Below, piece after piece: positions 47,636-59,862 of a stretch of 64,000 nt of DNA. The position numbers and the translations under genes are program-made. The stretch comes from Macrostomum hystrix (lineage: Eukaryota > Animalia > Platyhelminthes): NCBI GenBank assembly GCA_950097015.1, contig CATNEN010000007.1, positions 558,001 through 622,000 on the forward strand, read 5' to 3'. Under the pieces are notes generated by a model that saw only the letters and a list, made by a program, of their open reading frames with translations, ran no database searches and had not been told where the DNA came from. Position 1 is the first letter of the stretch. Every line of letters starts with the position of its first letter.

Positions 47636-50066
47636 TTTCCACACCTCACCCGATGCTGTGCACGTATGCCACTATGCAGGTAAAGCCGGTAGGTGGGCAA
47701 TTGTAGATCTCTTTTTCTAAGCTGCCTCGAAATTCCAGTTAATTAGCCTTGCATATAACAAATTCTAGTTGTTATATAGCAAAATTTGCACGAATGCAAT
47801 ACGTTGCATTAATGTACGCAGGGCTCTAATTTACATTCATTTATTAATTTCTGTGCTTGAAAGAATAATGTACTGGAATAGAACAATATTATACCCTGTC
47901 AGTGGCAATTCGTTGCGCAGAAATAAATAGAGAGCTGCGAGCTAAGAGAGGAAGAGAGAGACGAATCACAGGGTATAATCTTAGTACCTGCTAAGCGTAA
48001 CTACCGGCAAGTTTATTAATAGTTTTTGGCGCGAAAATACACATACGTATAATATAATTTTGTGGCCTTTTACATATGTACATGATGAAATAAGACTATA
48101 AAATACATGTGCTGTTCATCGAACAGTAAAATCTACAGACGCTTTGCAATGTCATTTTTTAAAGCTGTAAGTGAAAATTTTCTGAAAAAACAAGCACATG
48201 CCATGGCCTACCTACAGTAGAATGTATAGACGCAGCACTCAAAATTGACTATTAAAAATGATAAAAGCTAGCCACTCTATTGAAACAAATTCAAATTTAA
48301 GTGTGTACGTAGTAGACATTGGTACTTTTTTCACTGAGAACTTTCAAGTTCATCCCCTATTAGTATAAAGCAGCATTCGTGGAGCTTATTAATTTATTGT
48401 GTTTATTTTTACTAAAGTTTACTATATAGTGTGACATAAACTTATGCTCTCAATGTCGACGTATGACTGGCTATAGGCCTTTACTGGTGTACGTATAACT
48501 GAAAAGATCGTTAAAACTTAGATAATTGTATATAAATTTATATTATAACTCAATGAAAAAATATACAATTTAACATGACACTACGTAATATATACAACTC
48601 CCGTAATACAACCATTATGCGGGAGATTTTCGATCAAACTTTGCTGGAAAAGTAAAAGAAGTAAGTAAGTTCGTAAAAGTAAGTTCGCATGAACCATTGG
48701 TGTTGCAATTTATGCGTCCCGTTTTTACACTTTATGTTGCACACATACAATTGGCAATCGGAAAAGCATTCCTAAATCTTTCTGTAATCTGAACTATTTA
48801 TGACGAAGTTTCGGTCCCAATGTATAGGCGTAGCGGTTCGGTCTATTTGAATAGCAGTAAGGTAAATTATTATTCGGCAGTAAATTGGGTCTTCGAATAA
48901 CGAGATCGCTTAACGGTGAATGCTGGCTATATGACTTAGAGATATGTTAGATGAATCAAGATTCACTTAAAAGCAGTTACGGCTACAGTTGAAATTAGCC
49001 ACACTTAAATAATAGCCAGCACTCAGTCGTAGAACCAGAACCAGGCACGGGGGGAGAGAGAGTCTTCCTGGAAAGGCCTAATTAGAACATTTGAATACGA
49101 CTATATAGTATACTAAAACAAATTAATTATAAATATTAATGTAGAACCAAAGTAATATCGCTAACAATTATATCTAACGAAAATAATGTACATAATTCTA
49201 ACTAGCATATTAAAATTACATTCAATTAGAGAGACAACGTCACACTCGCCTCCCTCTCAGAAGATTAATAGCCTACTAACAGTAGTGGCTACGAACATCG
49301 AAATGGCTTGCGAAAAAAAAACGATTTGCGATTTGAACATTGCTGCTACGTTATTAGAGTTATTATAATAGCTGTCTAGAAATATTTTGAAAATGAGATT
49401 ACCAATGGCAGTTTCAAGTGGCATTAAACTTCAAAGACGAACGGCAAAAACGGAATATCGAGTGGCAAAACTGAACGACGAATGACAAAAATTCGAACAA
49501 AAACGAAAGGCAAAATTCAGCAAGATATTGGCAAATTGAACAACGTCATCAAACCATAGAGGAAATAAAAGGAATTGAAAATATTTATGTTTTAGCAAAT
49601 GCAATGTTTTTTTATTTTTAAACAAAACTGACAACTTGACAAACACGAGAATTGTCTAGGACTGGCGAAAATTTCGGCGAATCGGCGGCGGAGCGAAGAC
49701 CTGGACGGCCTCGACTACAGCACCAGCGGCTGCAGCCAAGCTAAGCTCCTAACTACAGGCTACAAACAATGACTAAGACAAAAGCCTACTCTATGGCCAA
49801 AACCTAATCCGAAGATTCAAGGCTCGACCGCAGAGATACTAAACTAAGGACAAAATGAAGAGATTGGCGAAAGCTATTAAAGAAAAGCTAACAGGCACAC
49901 AGAACACAGGCAGCATACGACACGACTACACCTTAGCTCTCGCTACCTCTCCTGAACAGATTGACCAGCGTGGAAAGGAATCTGACCGGCGGCCTCACTT
50001 GCCGGCCGGACCTCGTAACAGTGCAAGCTGGTCTCTGTGCCTGGTCTGTCTGATCGTGTTCGTGTT

Positions 50067-51611
50067 CTATTTGTGGTTGTGGTTCTGGTGGCAGATTTGG
50101 ACTATTGCTGTTGCCTGAGGATCTGGATTTGGCTCTGCTGTGACTTCAACTTCAGCACCGATGTCTGGCACCTGTTCATTATTGGCAATGTTTACTGCTT
50201 GTGGTGCTTGTTCAGGTTGCACCTCGGGTAATGAATCTAGTTTAGTGACTGGTTGAGCATTTGGCTGTTCCACTGGCAGTGTTTTGATTGGCTGTTGAAC
50301 TGGCTGTGTGACTGGCTGTGTGATTGATGACGATTGGCTTCTCGGAAAAGAGCGGCTCTTCTGACCCGCAGGTGGGACAGTGACCAAGTCTGGTTCGGAA
50401 GTCGAGTCAGAACTAAAGCTCAGCTGTCTGGGGCTGGAATCCAGATCTCCTTGTCCTAGCTTAGATGAGCGTGGCATCCTTGCTACGGTGTCTAATCTAA
50501 ATCTATCAACCACATCCTGATAGTTTGGCTGGCGGATGCACCTCTTCATCCGGTCTACGTTATAGATGTTGTGACTAGGATTCGGGACTCTGAACGGATT
50601 CTCTCGCGAAAACTCTGGAATCAACCTATAGTTTCTCTCAGAGACCTTCTGAATAACCTAATTGTACGGACCAAACCAAACAGCTGGGTCGAGGCCCTTG
50701 TGGTCGGGGTTTAGAACCCACACTAGCTCTCCAACCTCGTAGCTTGACTTATAAACCGATCTGTCATAGTAACGCTTCTGCCTAGCCTGTGCCTTCTTCC
50801 TAACAGCCCGTGCGGTGGCAGAGGTTTCGACAAGAGTTCGGTGGAGTCGGTGCGCGTAACTGTCCGGGTCATAGCAATCTTGCCTTGGTGCGTTGTACAT
50901 CAGGTCTAGGAGCATTTGAAATTCACGGCCCAGAAAAAGCTTAGCAGGTGTCATGCCTGTCGATTCGGATTCTAGAGAGCGGATGCTCATTCCTACACAC
51001 CTAGCGGCAAAGGGCCAAGTCAGATGCCTCTCAGCACAGACTGCTCGAATTTGACTCTTAATAGTCTGGATGTTGCGTTCCACCTTCCCGTTGGCCTGGG
51101 GGCGGCGAGCAGTGATTCTAACGGTATCGATCTCTAGCAAGCGGGTCAGCTCTGCAACAATGTTATTTATGAATGCTGTGCCATTGTCCGAGACCATTTG
51201 CTCCATAGCACCGTAGCGAACAATCCACTCTGTCAGGATTGCTGCCGCGGTTGTCTCGGCAGTTACGTCTTTCACAGGGACAATTTCCACAAATCTGGTG
51301 AATCTGTCAATCATTACAAGCAGATACCGGTAGCCTTCCTGTTCAGGGAACGGTCCGCAATGGTCTACATGCACGACCTGGTTCGGGTACCCGGCTAGGG
51401 TTGGCTGCATCGGAGCTTTGTTCTTTCGCTTGCATTTCTTAGTGCACACTTCTTGCTGCACACCGCTCGGCTCGGATCGGTTCGGTTCAGCTTGGCTTGG
51501 CTTGTTCGCAGATGGCAGGTGCCCTTCAATCGCAGGCCCATTCAACCCGCGAGGCGATGCTCTGATGCTAACCGATTGTTGTTGGCCGCTGTTGCAACTG
51601 CAGGCTGGCAC
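50067..51611 (-). pseudogene. Gypsy integrase core plus GPY/F region, broken by one in-frame TAG at 50660-50658
   Basis: VHVDHCGP, VSDNGTAF and GKVERN give the D-D-E triad. WFGPYN*VIQKVSERNYRL continues in frame into the 50067-50624 ORF. Confidence 0.9.
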
Positions 51612-52290
51612 CGGCTGCCGTAGTAGCTGTTGTCGTGAACAGCTGGTGTAGGGCCGCTGCTGCCGGCGTTTGGCTAATTGACTGCTATTGCTGATGTTGT
51701 AAGTGACGACCCGGCGGAAATGCTTTGCAGTGCTAGCCTGACTCGCCTAGTCCACAAAAATCAAGCGGGGCGCAGGCCGAGAGAACCCTTAGGCAATCGA
51801 TTGCAATGGCTAGGCGCAGTTCAACAGACGAGAGGGGTGGCGCTCGGCGGGCTAAAGCTTTGGGGTTGTTGCGCTTGCAATTAAGAGTTGATACTCCTAA
51901 CCAGGTGTGTTTAGTGGTCACGTGATTGGACACAGGCGCAGAGCACAGAGGTTGGCTGGTTGTCTGACCCTCCTTTAAGCTTAGCGTCTGACTCACTCTG
52001 CGAAGAAACACTGCCGATACGCTTAAGCTGATAAGGTTAGTTGTTGTTTACTTTCTCGATCGACTGTGTAGTAGGTAGGCTGTGCCGTGAACCGATAGTG
52101 CACGTGAACTGAATAGTCTGTGCCGTGAACCGAATCACTGTATCACTGTTGGACTTTAGTAGACGGTCTTACTTGACTTACTTGACTTAGCGGCAGGGAG
52201 CCTCCATGACGGACGCAGCGAGGAGGCGGCTGATGCCGCCCATATCGCTAACCCCTGGCAGCCAGACAGCCTCCAGCGAGGCGGTGCCGC

Positions 52291-55200
52291 TCAGGGTGGT
52301 CCGTCGGTCGATTCCGCCGCGCGATCTTCCTCGCCATAGGCTGGGAAGAAATCAGCTCGGCCGGTATCCCGGAGGAAGTGGGCGAGCTGTGGGATGTTCT
52401 CGGGCGAGCAGGCTTCGGCGAGAGTCGGTGCCGGCCCGAGATGTTTTAGCCTGGCCCGGGTGAAGGCCGGGCAGTGGCAGATGAAATGCTCTGCATTTTC
52501 GCGTCCGGAGCAGCAGAAGGGACACGTTTCCTCAGGCACGTGGCCTTGAAGGTAGCGGTGTCTGGTGAAGCAGCCATGTCCCGAAAGAGCCATAGTGACT
52601 GCTCTTAGGTCTCTGCGGTTAAGCCTGAGTAAGGCCTTACGCAGGTTACTAGAGGGGGTTGGCACCGCAGCCCTGGACTGGCGACAGTTCAGGGTGCTGG
52701 ACCACCTCCTCCGGTGCTGGGTCTCCATCCAGCAGTTGATGCTGGAGTTGACAACTGAGATGGGGATCGGGGACTCCGGGCCCGGGCCCATCAGGGAGCT
52801 GGCTGCTCCAGCCTTAGCAAGCTGGTCCGCCATCTCATTCCCTGTGAACCCGGCATGCCCAGGGATCCATAGCAGCTCCACCTTGTTAGACTGCGCCAAC
52901 CCGTTTAACTGGGTGTTGCAGTCCAAGGTGGTTCTGGAGCGAGAGGTGCAGCGGCTGAGGGCCTTGAGGGCTGCTTGACTGTCGGAGTGAAAGAAGATCC
53001 TCCGACCAGCCAGCTGCCTCTGGCGCAGCTCAGCCGCACAGAAGCTGATGGCGAGCACTTCGTTTTGGAAAACGCTAGAGCTCTTGCCACAGTATTGGGA
53101 GTGGGTCCAGAGGACCTCACCACCCGAGGCGACGCACACTCCGAATCCCGATTTACCGTTCATCAGAGAGCCGTCAGTGTAACAGTGGACTGCCGGGTCA
53201 TCCCAGCAGTCCTTTACCTCATTACGAGGGGAGATGCTGACTTTGTACCTGTGGCTCCGGAGTAAAGTGGCCGGGGCCCCGTCCGAAAGGATGGTGAGCC
53301 CTCCGCACTCGCCCAGAGTTTTCAGGCAGAGGTCAGAGTGAGGCAGAAGGGAGCGCTTCGAGAAGGCTCGCGAATTCTGGAAGGAGACACCCGCATCAAG
53401 AAGACGACGGGTGGACTTTGCTGCTTCCCCCTTGACGAAAATGTCAATGGGTGTAGCGTTGAGGAAAGCATTCATGCCTTCGAAGGGAGTGGAGGGTGGG
53501 GCGCCCAGCGTCATACGACAGGCTCTGCCCTGCACCCTATAAAGCGCCTCCAGGTTTTTCTGGATGCCCATGGCGCTGGCCCAGATGAGGCCAGCGTAAG
53601 CGACGGACGGTCTAATGATCGCCGTGTAAATCCACCAAAGGTTCTTGGGGGTTAGCCCCCAGGTGGTGCCCACGGCACGCCTGACTTGCGCCAGTATGGC
53701 CAGGGCCCTCTTGGCCTTTGTGGTGATGTGTGGGGTCCAGTTAAGCCTATGGTCTAGCACGAGACCAAGGCACCGGACCTGCTTTTCCATGGCAATATTC
53801 TTGCCATAGAGAGTCAGAGGCTTAATGGTCCAGAGCAGTTTGCTGGTAAACATAACCGCAACGGTCTTGGACTCAGAGAGTCGGAGCCCGCATTGGTCCG
53901 CCCAGCGCACCGCCCTGTTGATAAAGCCCTGGATGAGGTCTCTGGTGGTTTCCGCCGAGGGGCCCGCGCAGATGGCGGTCACATCGTCGGCATATCCCAC
54001 CTTCAGGACTGGGTCTGGACGAGTGCTTTTCAGCAGCTCATCCATGACGAGATTCCACAGCAGTGGGGTGAGGACGCCGCCTTGGGGCCCTCCTTTTAGG
54101 ACAGGTGCCGAGAGCAGCCTTCCTTCGAGGTGGGCCACCACGTGGCGATGCCGGATCATGTACATGACCCAGCGAACGAGGTGGGGGTGAGTGGCCCTGG
54201 AGACCAGGGCCTCCTCAAAAGCTTCGAAAACAACGTTATCGAAGGCCCCCTCAATGTCTAGGAAGACAGCCAGGGCAAAACCGCTGCCCAGCACTGCCTT
54301 CTCGAGAGTCTCCACGATGCAGTGGAGGGCGCTCTCCGTGGACCGGCCCGCCCGAAAGGCGTGCTGGTTTGGGGAGAGCGGGGCCCTCCCTAGCTCTACA
54401 GTAAGAAGGCGCCAAAGCACCAGTCTTTCCATGAGCTTGAGGCAGGTGGAAGTCAAACTTATCGGGCGATAGGACTTGACCGAGCGATAGTCGCCTTTGG
54501 CGGGCTTCGGGATGAAGACGACCCGGGCTTCGTGCCACAGCGCTGGTACATAGCCCAGCACGATGCAGGCCCGTAGAAGTCTGCAGAGGAGATGGAGGAA
54601 GCGGCCATTTTTGACCGCTTCATGCAAAAAGGCCGTATAAATACCATCTGGCCCAGGTGCTTTGAAAGGGTTGAATGACTTTGCCGCGCGAACGATGCGG
54701 TCATTCGTGACGAGTGACTGAGCCAGGCCCTGACCTCCACGTGAGTGGTCGTCTGGGCCAAAGTGCGCCGGTACACTCGGGAAGAAATGCCCTAGCATAA
54801 GCTCGAGCGTTTCCTCCGGGCGCTCCGTGATCGAGCCGTCTGGCTTTTTGATCGATGAGAGCTTGGAGAAGCGGTCGTTGGTGAGCGCCTTTACCACGCG
54901 GGCCGTGGGCCGCGAGCCCTCAAGCCCTTCGCAGTATTGCCGCCACTTGTCCGCTTTTGCCCTTCTGACCCGGCCCTTAAACTCATGGATGGCGCGAGTA
55001 TAGGCCTCTTTGTCATCAGGGTCGTGCGAGATTTTCAGCCTCCTCTGGAGAGCCTTTGCTCGGCGTCTCAGGACTCCGAGCTCGGGGTTCCACCAGGGGG
55101 CCGATTTTTTGCCTTTGTAGGCTTTGAGCGGGCAAGCCATTTCGTAGGCCTCTGTGATGGCGCCGCCCAGCAGGGCAGCCACTCCATCTAGGTCCTGCGT

Positions 55201-55997
55201 GGTTGCCATGGCCATGGAGGGGTCGGAATCCCGAAGGCCCTCATGCAGCTTTTGGCTGAACACGGGCCAGTCGGTGTTTCTGACATGGCCCGCCTCCAGA
55301 CAGGCTTTTGCTTCTTATCGGGGGTACCGATGTTGAAGCGAATGAAACGGTGGTCCGAGAGCGAGCTTTCGGTCTCCCACACCTCCCACCCCAGCACCCT
55401 TGGGAGGATGCCGGGTGAGGCCAGGGTGACGTCAAGCACCTCAGCCCACCGCCCATTGTCGAACGTGGGCGTGTTGCCTACATTGCAGAAGTTAAGAGGC
55501 GTGCCGCTAACGAAGGCCAGGAGCTCTTCGCCGCGGTCATTGATTTTTGAGCTACCCCAGTGGGTGTGATGCGAGTTTGCATCTCCCGCGAGGAGCAGCT
55601 CAAAATTTCGTGCCCTGGCGAAATCACAGAGGGCGACGAGGGTATCGCTGACCACGGGGGCGTCGCCTGCCAGGTAGGCGGATGCCACGAGGGTCAACTT
55701 GTTGGGCACAATGTGTGCAGATTGGATGACGCAGATGTCCCCGTTAGAGAGATCGGGTCTCATCCACGCATTTAAGGCTTTTGCAGCATAGATCAGTGAT
55801 CTAGGGCGGACAGAGTCTGCCATGCAGAAGCAGTCATAGCCAGCAGGAATGTTACTTGGCTTGTTTTTTGATAACCAGGGCTCCTGCACAAGTACAAGGC
55901 CCGGCATCGTGCGCTCTGTCGTGCGCATCAAATTGACTGATGCTGCCACACAGTGCTGGGTGTTAACTTGCAGACATGATATTCCGGGGATCATCAT
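52291..55997 (-). CDS. LINE ORF2: AP endonuclease, RT, RNase H, CCHC; one frameshift near 55285
   Basis: LQVN, VQEPW, GDANSHH and SDH (APE); [21 protein letters not shown] and YADD (RT); YTDGS, QNE and HSDSQAAL (RNase H); [18 protein letters not shown]. The frame switches between WRRA and VRNTDW. Confidence 0.92.
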
Positions 55998-57549
55998 GCA
56001 GGCACTTGGAGGGGGACTCAGCCAGAAGGCGGTCCTCCTCCTCCGGGTCGATGTCGGTAGCCATGGGCTCCTCCGTGCCCCGGCCCCGAGCCAGAGGCGG
56101 GAACTCGACGGGGTCAGCCGCCCAGTCCCCACCCCCGGCCCTGAGCCCAGGCCCAGAGTCACCCTCAACCGGTGCCGACACCGCACCCTGGGCCGTGGGA
56201 GGGGCGCTCGAAGGGCCCCGCTCGATGGAGCTGGGCACCTTAGAGGCCTCCCCCATAGCCCTTGGTTGCGGCGCCTGCCCCGGTGGGCCACCGCGCATCT
56301 CAGCGCGCAGCTGGGCCATCCTGGCGGTTCGCACCACCTCGGAGGCCCGCTGGAGAAGGCCCCGGCGCTTTGTGATGCGCGCGGGGCGACGCTCAGAGCT
56401 GCCAGCGATGGCACGCTCTGGCCTTTTTTGGCGAGACGACTGGGCCCTGCCCCCAGTCCCAACCTCGGGGTCCGAGGACCCTTCAGTGGCCGGTACGGTG
56501 GTGGGCCCGGTCTGACCTCGAGATTTATCTGCCTCGAAGGCGAAGATTTTGGTCTTCCACAGACCGATGCAGATGTTGGCGCCATCTGGGTAACGGCGTG
56601 TCCATTGCTCGGACAGGCCCAGAATGGCGGTAAACCCGGTGCCATCGGGGCGCAGGATCGTGCGGTGCACGATCAGGCCCGCTGTCGGCAGCTCCCGGTT
56701 CATCGCGATGAGGCCCATGCGGAGGTCCTCAGCGCTGGTGACGACACTTTTCGCCGGGACGAAAATGCGGTGTCGCTTGGTCTTTGGTGGCTCGTTCTCC
56801 CGGAGGAAATCGAGGCCAGCCGCCCAGCTCTGCGTGGGCAGCAACTCAAGGAGCCGCCGCCCTGATTCCGCGTCGCCGGGCCAGACGACGAAGCACGATT
56901 CCCTGGTAGCGCTTGCGCCGACCGCCAGGGGCTCGCCCTTCAGTTGGAGTTGCCACAGCATAGCATCTATGTTGCGGCAAATGTTGCTGAGCTGTTCGCT
57001 GCTCAGCCTTTTTCCGTCTCTGCCGGTGATGACAACGGCAGGTTGCCTACGTGCGATGGCGGCGTAGGTGGCATGTGGTCCCGGGCCCTGTCCGGTGGCG
57101 ACCCCACCCTCGGGATCAGCGTCGGCGGTGGGCACAGGGCCCTCCGCCTCCGCTTCTCCTTCAGGCCGAGCCGCCGTCCGGATGGGCGCCGGGACCTCCT
57201 TGGCCCGCGACCCTGGCCTCGGGGCGTCGTGGGCTCCGCCCCGTGCAGGAGCCTGGGCAGGAGGCGCAAGGCCCCCCGCCCCAGCCCCCGCCCTAGGCAG
57301 AGCCCCTTCGGCCCCTCTGGTCTGGGCCCGGTCCTCGGTCGATGGAGCCGGCTTGCCGTGGGCCATTAAGCGCCTACGACGCTTTGCCGCTCCAGAGGTT
57401 GAGGAGCGCTTAGCGCCCCGGTCATCGCGCGAGTTGGGCAGCGCGGCATTTGTGGCGGTCGCGGGGCCAGCTAGCCCGGGCGCCGCAGCGTGTATGGCCT
57501 CGGGCACCATGGTGTCCTCGGCCGGAGCAGTTGGTAGGCTGGAAGCCAT
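55963..57549 (-). CDS. LINE ORF1 (Gag-like nucleic-acid-binding protein, no CCHC knuckle seen)
   Basis: Open frame from ATG 57549, overlapping the ORF2 start by 35 nt. Basic and Pro-rich, with a TYAAIAR motif. Confidence 0.8.
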   Translation of the reverse strand: MASSLPTAPAEDTMVPEAIHAAAPGLAGPATATNAALPNSRDDRGAKRSSTSGAAKRRRRLMAHGKPAPSTEDRAQTRGAEGALPRAGAGAGGLAPPAQAPARGGAHDAPRPGSRAKEVPAPIRTAARPEGEAEAEGPVPTADADPEGGVATGQGPGPHATYAAIARRQPAVVITGRDGKRLSSEQLSNICRNIDAMLWQLQLKGEPLAVGASATRESCFVVWPGDAESGRRLLELLPTQSWAAGLDFLRENEPPKTKRHRIFVPAKSVVTSAEDLRMGLIAMNRELPTAGLIVHRTILRPDGTGFTAILGLSEQWTRRYPDGANICIGLWKTKIFAFEADKSRGQTGPTTVPATEGSSDPEVGTGGRAQSSRQKRPERAIAGSSERRPARITKRRGLLQRASEVVRTARMAQLRAEMRGGPPGQAPQPRAMGEASKVPSSIERGPSSAPPTAQGAVSAPVEGDSGPGLRAGGGDWAADPVEFPPLARGRGTEEPMATDIDPEEEDRLLAESPSKCLHDDPRNIMSAS

Positions 57550-57782
57550 TTGAAAGCTGCAATGAGGAGAGGGGCTTCCTGTAGACACAGGCAGGAATAA
57601 CCCGCTCAGCCGCGATCCCAAAGCTGAGCGGGGGCAGCCAAAAAAGACAAGTTACAACCCGGGGTGGGATGCCAGGACCACCGGGAGGAACCGTAGGAGG
57701 CCAGACTACTCCCTGGTCAAGCGTCCATCAGCACGGTCAACACTGGGACATTAGAGGGCGCTATTTGGCCAGCGCCGAGGCC

Positions 57783-58318
57783 TGCGGACTGGCCGCATAC
57801 CCTGTTAAGGTCAAAGGGTGACACCTTTCCCTCAGAGCCGAAGCCAGAGGTACCTGATCACGCACAGGTGCACGAACGCTGCGGACTGGCCGCATACCCT
57901 GTTAAGGTCAAAGGGTGACACCTTTCCCTCAGAGCCGTAGCCAGAGGTACCTGATCACGCACAGGTGCACGAACGCTGCGGACTGGCCGCATACCCTGTT
58001 AAGGTCAAAGGGTGACACCTTTTCCTCAGAGCCGTAGCCAGAGGTACCTGATCACGCACAGGTGCACGAAAGCTGCGGACTGGCCGCATACCCTGTTAAG
58101 GTCAAAGGGTGACACCTTTCCCTCAGAGCCGTAGCCAGAGGTACCTGATCACGCACAGGTGCACGAACGCTGCGGACTGGCCGCATACCCTGTTAAGGTC
58201 AAAGGGTGACACCTTTTCCTCAGAGCCGTAGCCAGAGGTACCTGATCACGCACAGGTGCACGAACGCTGCGGACTGGCCGCATACCCTGTTAAGGTCAAA
58301 GGGTGACACCTTTCCCTC
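57783..58318 (-). repeat. 97-bp tandem monomer array (~5.5 copies) in the LINE 5' UTR
   Basis: TGCGGACTGGCC starts at 57783, 57880, 57977, 58074, 58171 and 58268. Copies differ by only 1-2 nt. Confidence 0.97.
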
Positions 58319-58702
58319 CAACCGGGGCTAGAGGTACCCAGTTAGGCCGGAGGCCCTGGATGGGTCGTCCAGCGCTGTTGCCCATTCTGTCCGGCTGCCC
58401 TAGGGTCAGCCTTGAACACTCGCGGGACGTGTACCCATGGGTCAGCTGACGGGACAACGTGGAGAGGATTCCTTCACCCGGAGGCACAGGTCTCCTTCCT
58501 GCCAAACCTGCTCAAAAAACTACTGCAGGTGTGAGGCATCGCAGACCTTAGCCCGTAGGCCTGGTCTGACTCATACCACACAGGCATTGTGTCCCGCCGG
58601 TGCGAGCTTAGTAGACGGTACTTGGGATCTAATTAATGATGAGCATGAGCTAGCTTTTTGACGAATGACGATGATCGATGACCGAGTTCGAATTGTCATT
58701 GA

Positions 58703-58716
58703 CGGTGGGACCTCCA
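58703..58716 (-). other. Primer-binding site, tRNA-Gln type
   Basis: Minus-strand TGGAGGTCCCACCG is complementary to the ...CGGTGGGACCT-CCA 3' end typical of animal tRNA-Gln. Confidence 0.8.
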
Positions 58717-59862
58717 AATTTATATGACGAAGTTTCGGTCCCAATGTATAGGCGTAGCGGTTCGGTCTATTTGAATAGCAGTAAGGTAAATTATTATTCG
58801 GCAGTAAATTGGGTCTTCAAATAACGAGATCGCTTAACGGTGAATGCTGGCTATATGACTTAGAGATATGTTAGATGAATCAAGATTCACTTAAAAGCAG
58901 TTACGGCTACAGTTGAAATTAGCCACACTTAAATAATAGCCAGCACTCAGTCGTAGAACCAGAACCAGGCACGGGGGGAGAGAGAGTCTTCCTGGAAAGG
59001 CCTAATTAGAACATTTGAATACGACTATATAGTATACTAAAACAAATTCATTATAAATATTAATGTAAAACCAAAGTAATATCGCTAACAATTATATCTA
59101 ACGAAAATAATGTACATAATTCTAACTAGCATATTAAAATTACATTCAATTAGAGAGACAACGTCACATATTAGTCAAGCGTTTCTATTTTCGAAATCGT
59201 TTATGTAAAAGAAATCCGTTGAATATAACCGGGACGACTCGAGTGCCGTATATGTTTATTCTTTCGTAGTCCTCGGAATATAAATGTGTCTATATTTTCA
59301 TAAACGAGCAGATGCAGATGTCGCTTGGTGGTTTCAGGTTCTGATTTTAAATTCTAAAGATGATTAATAATTTTTTAAGTAAAAAAATAATGAATTACAA
59401 CATTTCCGTTTGGTAGGTTTTGTTGTTTTATGTAATAGCTTTTAAGGATGTACGCATAAGTAACTAAATAACTTTAAATTCGAAAAACCATCGCATGCAT
59501 AAAGTCTTACTAATGAAACTTTAGTCATAAATAGTTTAGAAAGCAAATTACTTCAGTAATATTTGCTTATGCGCCAACCAATAAATTAACGGTGTCATGA
59601 AAATTTTTGTACTCATTAAAACTAATTTCTGTTTTGTACTACTAGTTTTAGTTGTCAAAAAATAGCTTTACGATAAAAAAATAAGTTTTAAGACTATTAT
59701 AAAACAAAAATGCTTGGCTTTTAAAGATTTTTTTCGTATCTTAAATGGCGATGGAACTATGGCGAATTCAACATGTAAAGTAACGCATTTTTATACAATA
59801 AAAATATACATTTTTGACACCTTTGTTAACGTTAGTTTTTCCTTTCATAAATTCTTGCAACT

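Larger units (their letters stand above)
52168..58607 (-). mobile_element. Full-length non-LTR retrotransposon (APE-RT-RNase H; R1/LOA-like), 6440 bp
   Basis: 12-bp TSD TTAGTAGACGGT (52156-52167, 58608-58619), 3' tail TAAGTCAAG-TAAGTCAAG-TAAG, ORF1, ORF2 and a long 5' UTR. Confidence 0.95.
48799..59168 (-). mobile_element. Internally deleted (non-autonomous) Ty3/Gypsy element carrying a nested LINE
   Basis: 446-bp LTRs at 48799-49244 and 58723-59168 (3 differences seen), 4-bp TSD TATT, PPT complement CTCGCCTCCCTCTC at 49245-49258, PBS at 58703-58716, and an integrase remnant. No RT or protease. Confidence 0.93.

Noticed and set aside
55849-56865. Long plus-strand ORFs overlapping the LINE, Mag and YR elements
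   Set aside because: They are shadow ORFs of GC-rich coding sequence with no recognisable motifs.
57783-58318. 97-bp array (and the 26-bp and 37-bp arrays) as CRISPR
   Set aside because: The units are contiguous with no unique spacers, there are no cas genes, and the context is eukaryotic.
58440-58607. HDV-like ribozyme at the LINE 5' end (known for some LOA, RTE and R2 elements)
   Set aside because: A P1-like pairing (GCGGGAC/GTCCCGT) and a TCCACGT loop-like word exist, but P3, the P1.1 GG and J4/2-P2 could not be built in the right order by eye. An RNArobo or Infernal search would be decisive.
59170-59862. RFX X-box upstream of ciliary DRC1
   Set aside because: No convincing GTTNCCATGGNAAC-like match was seen.
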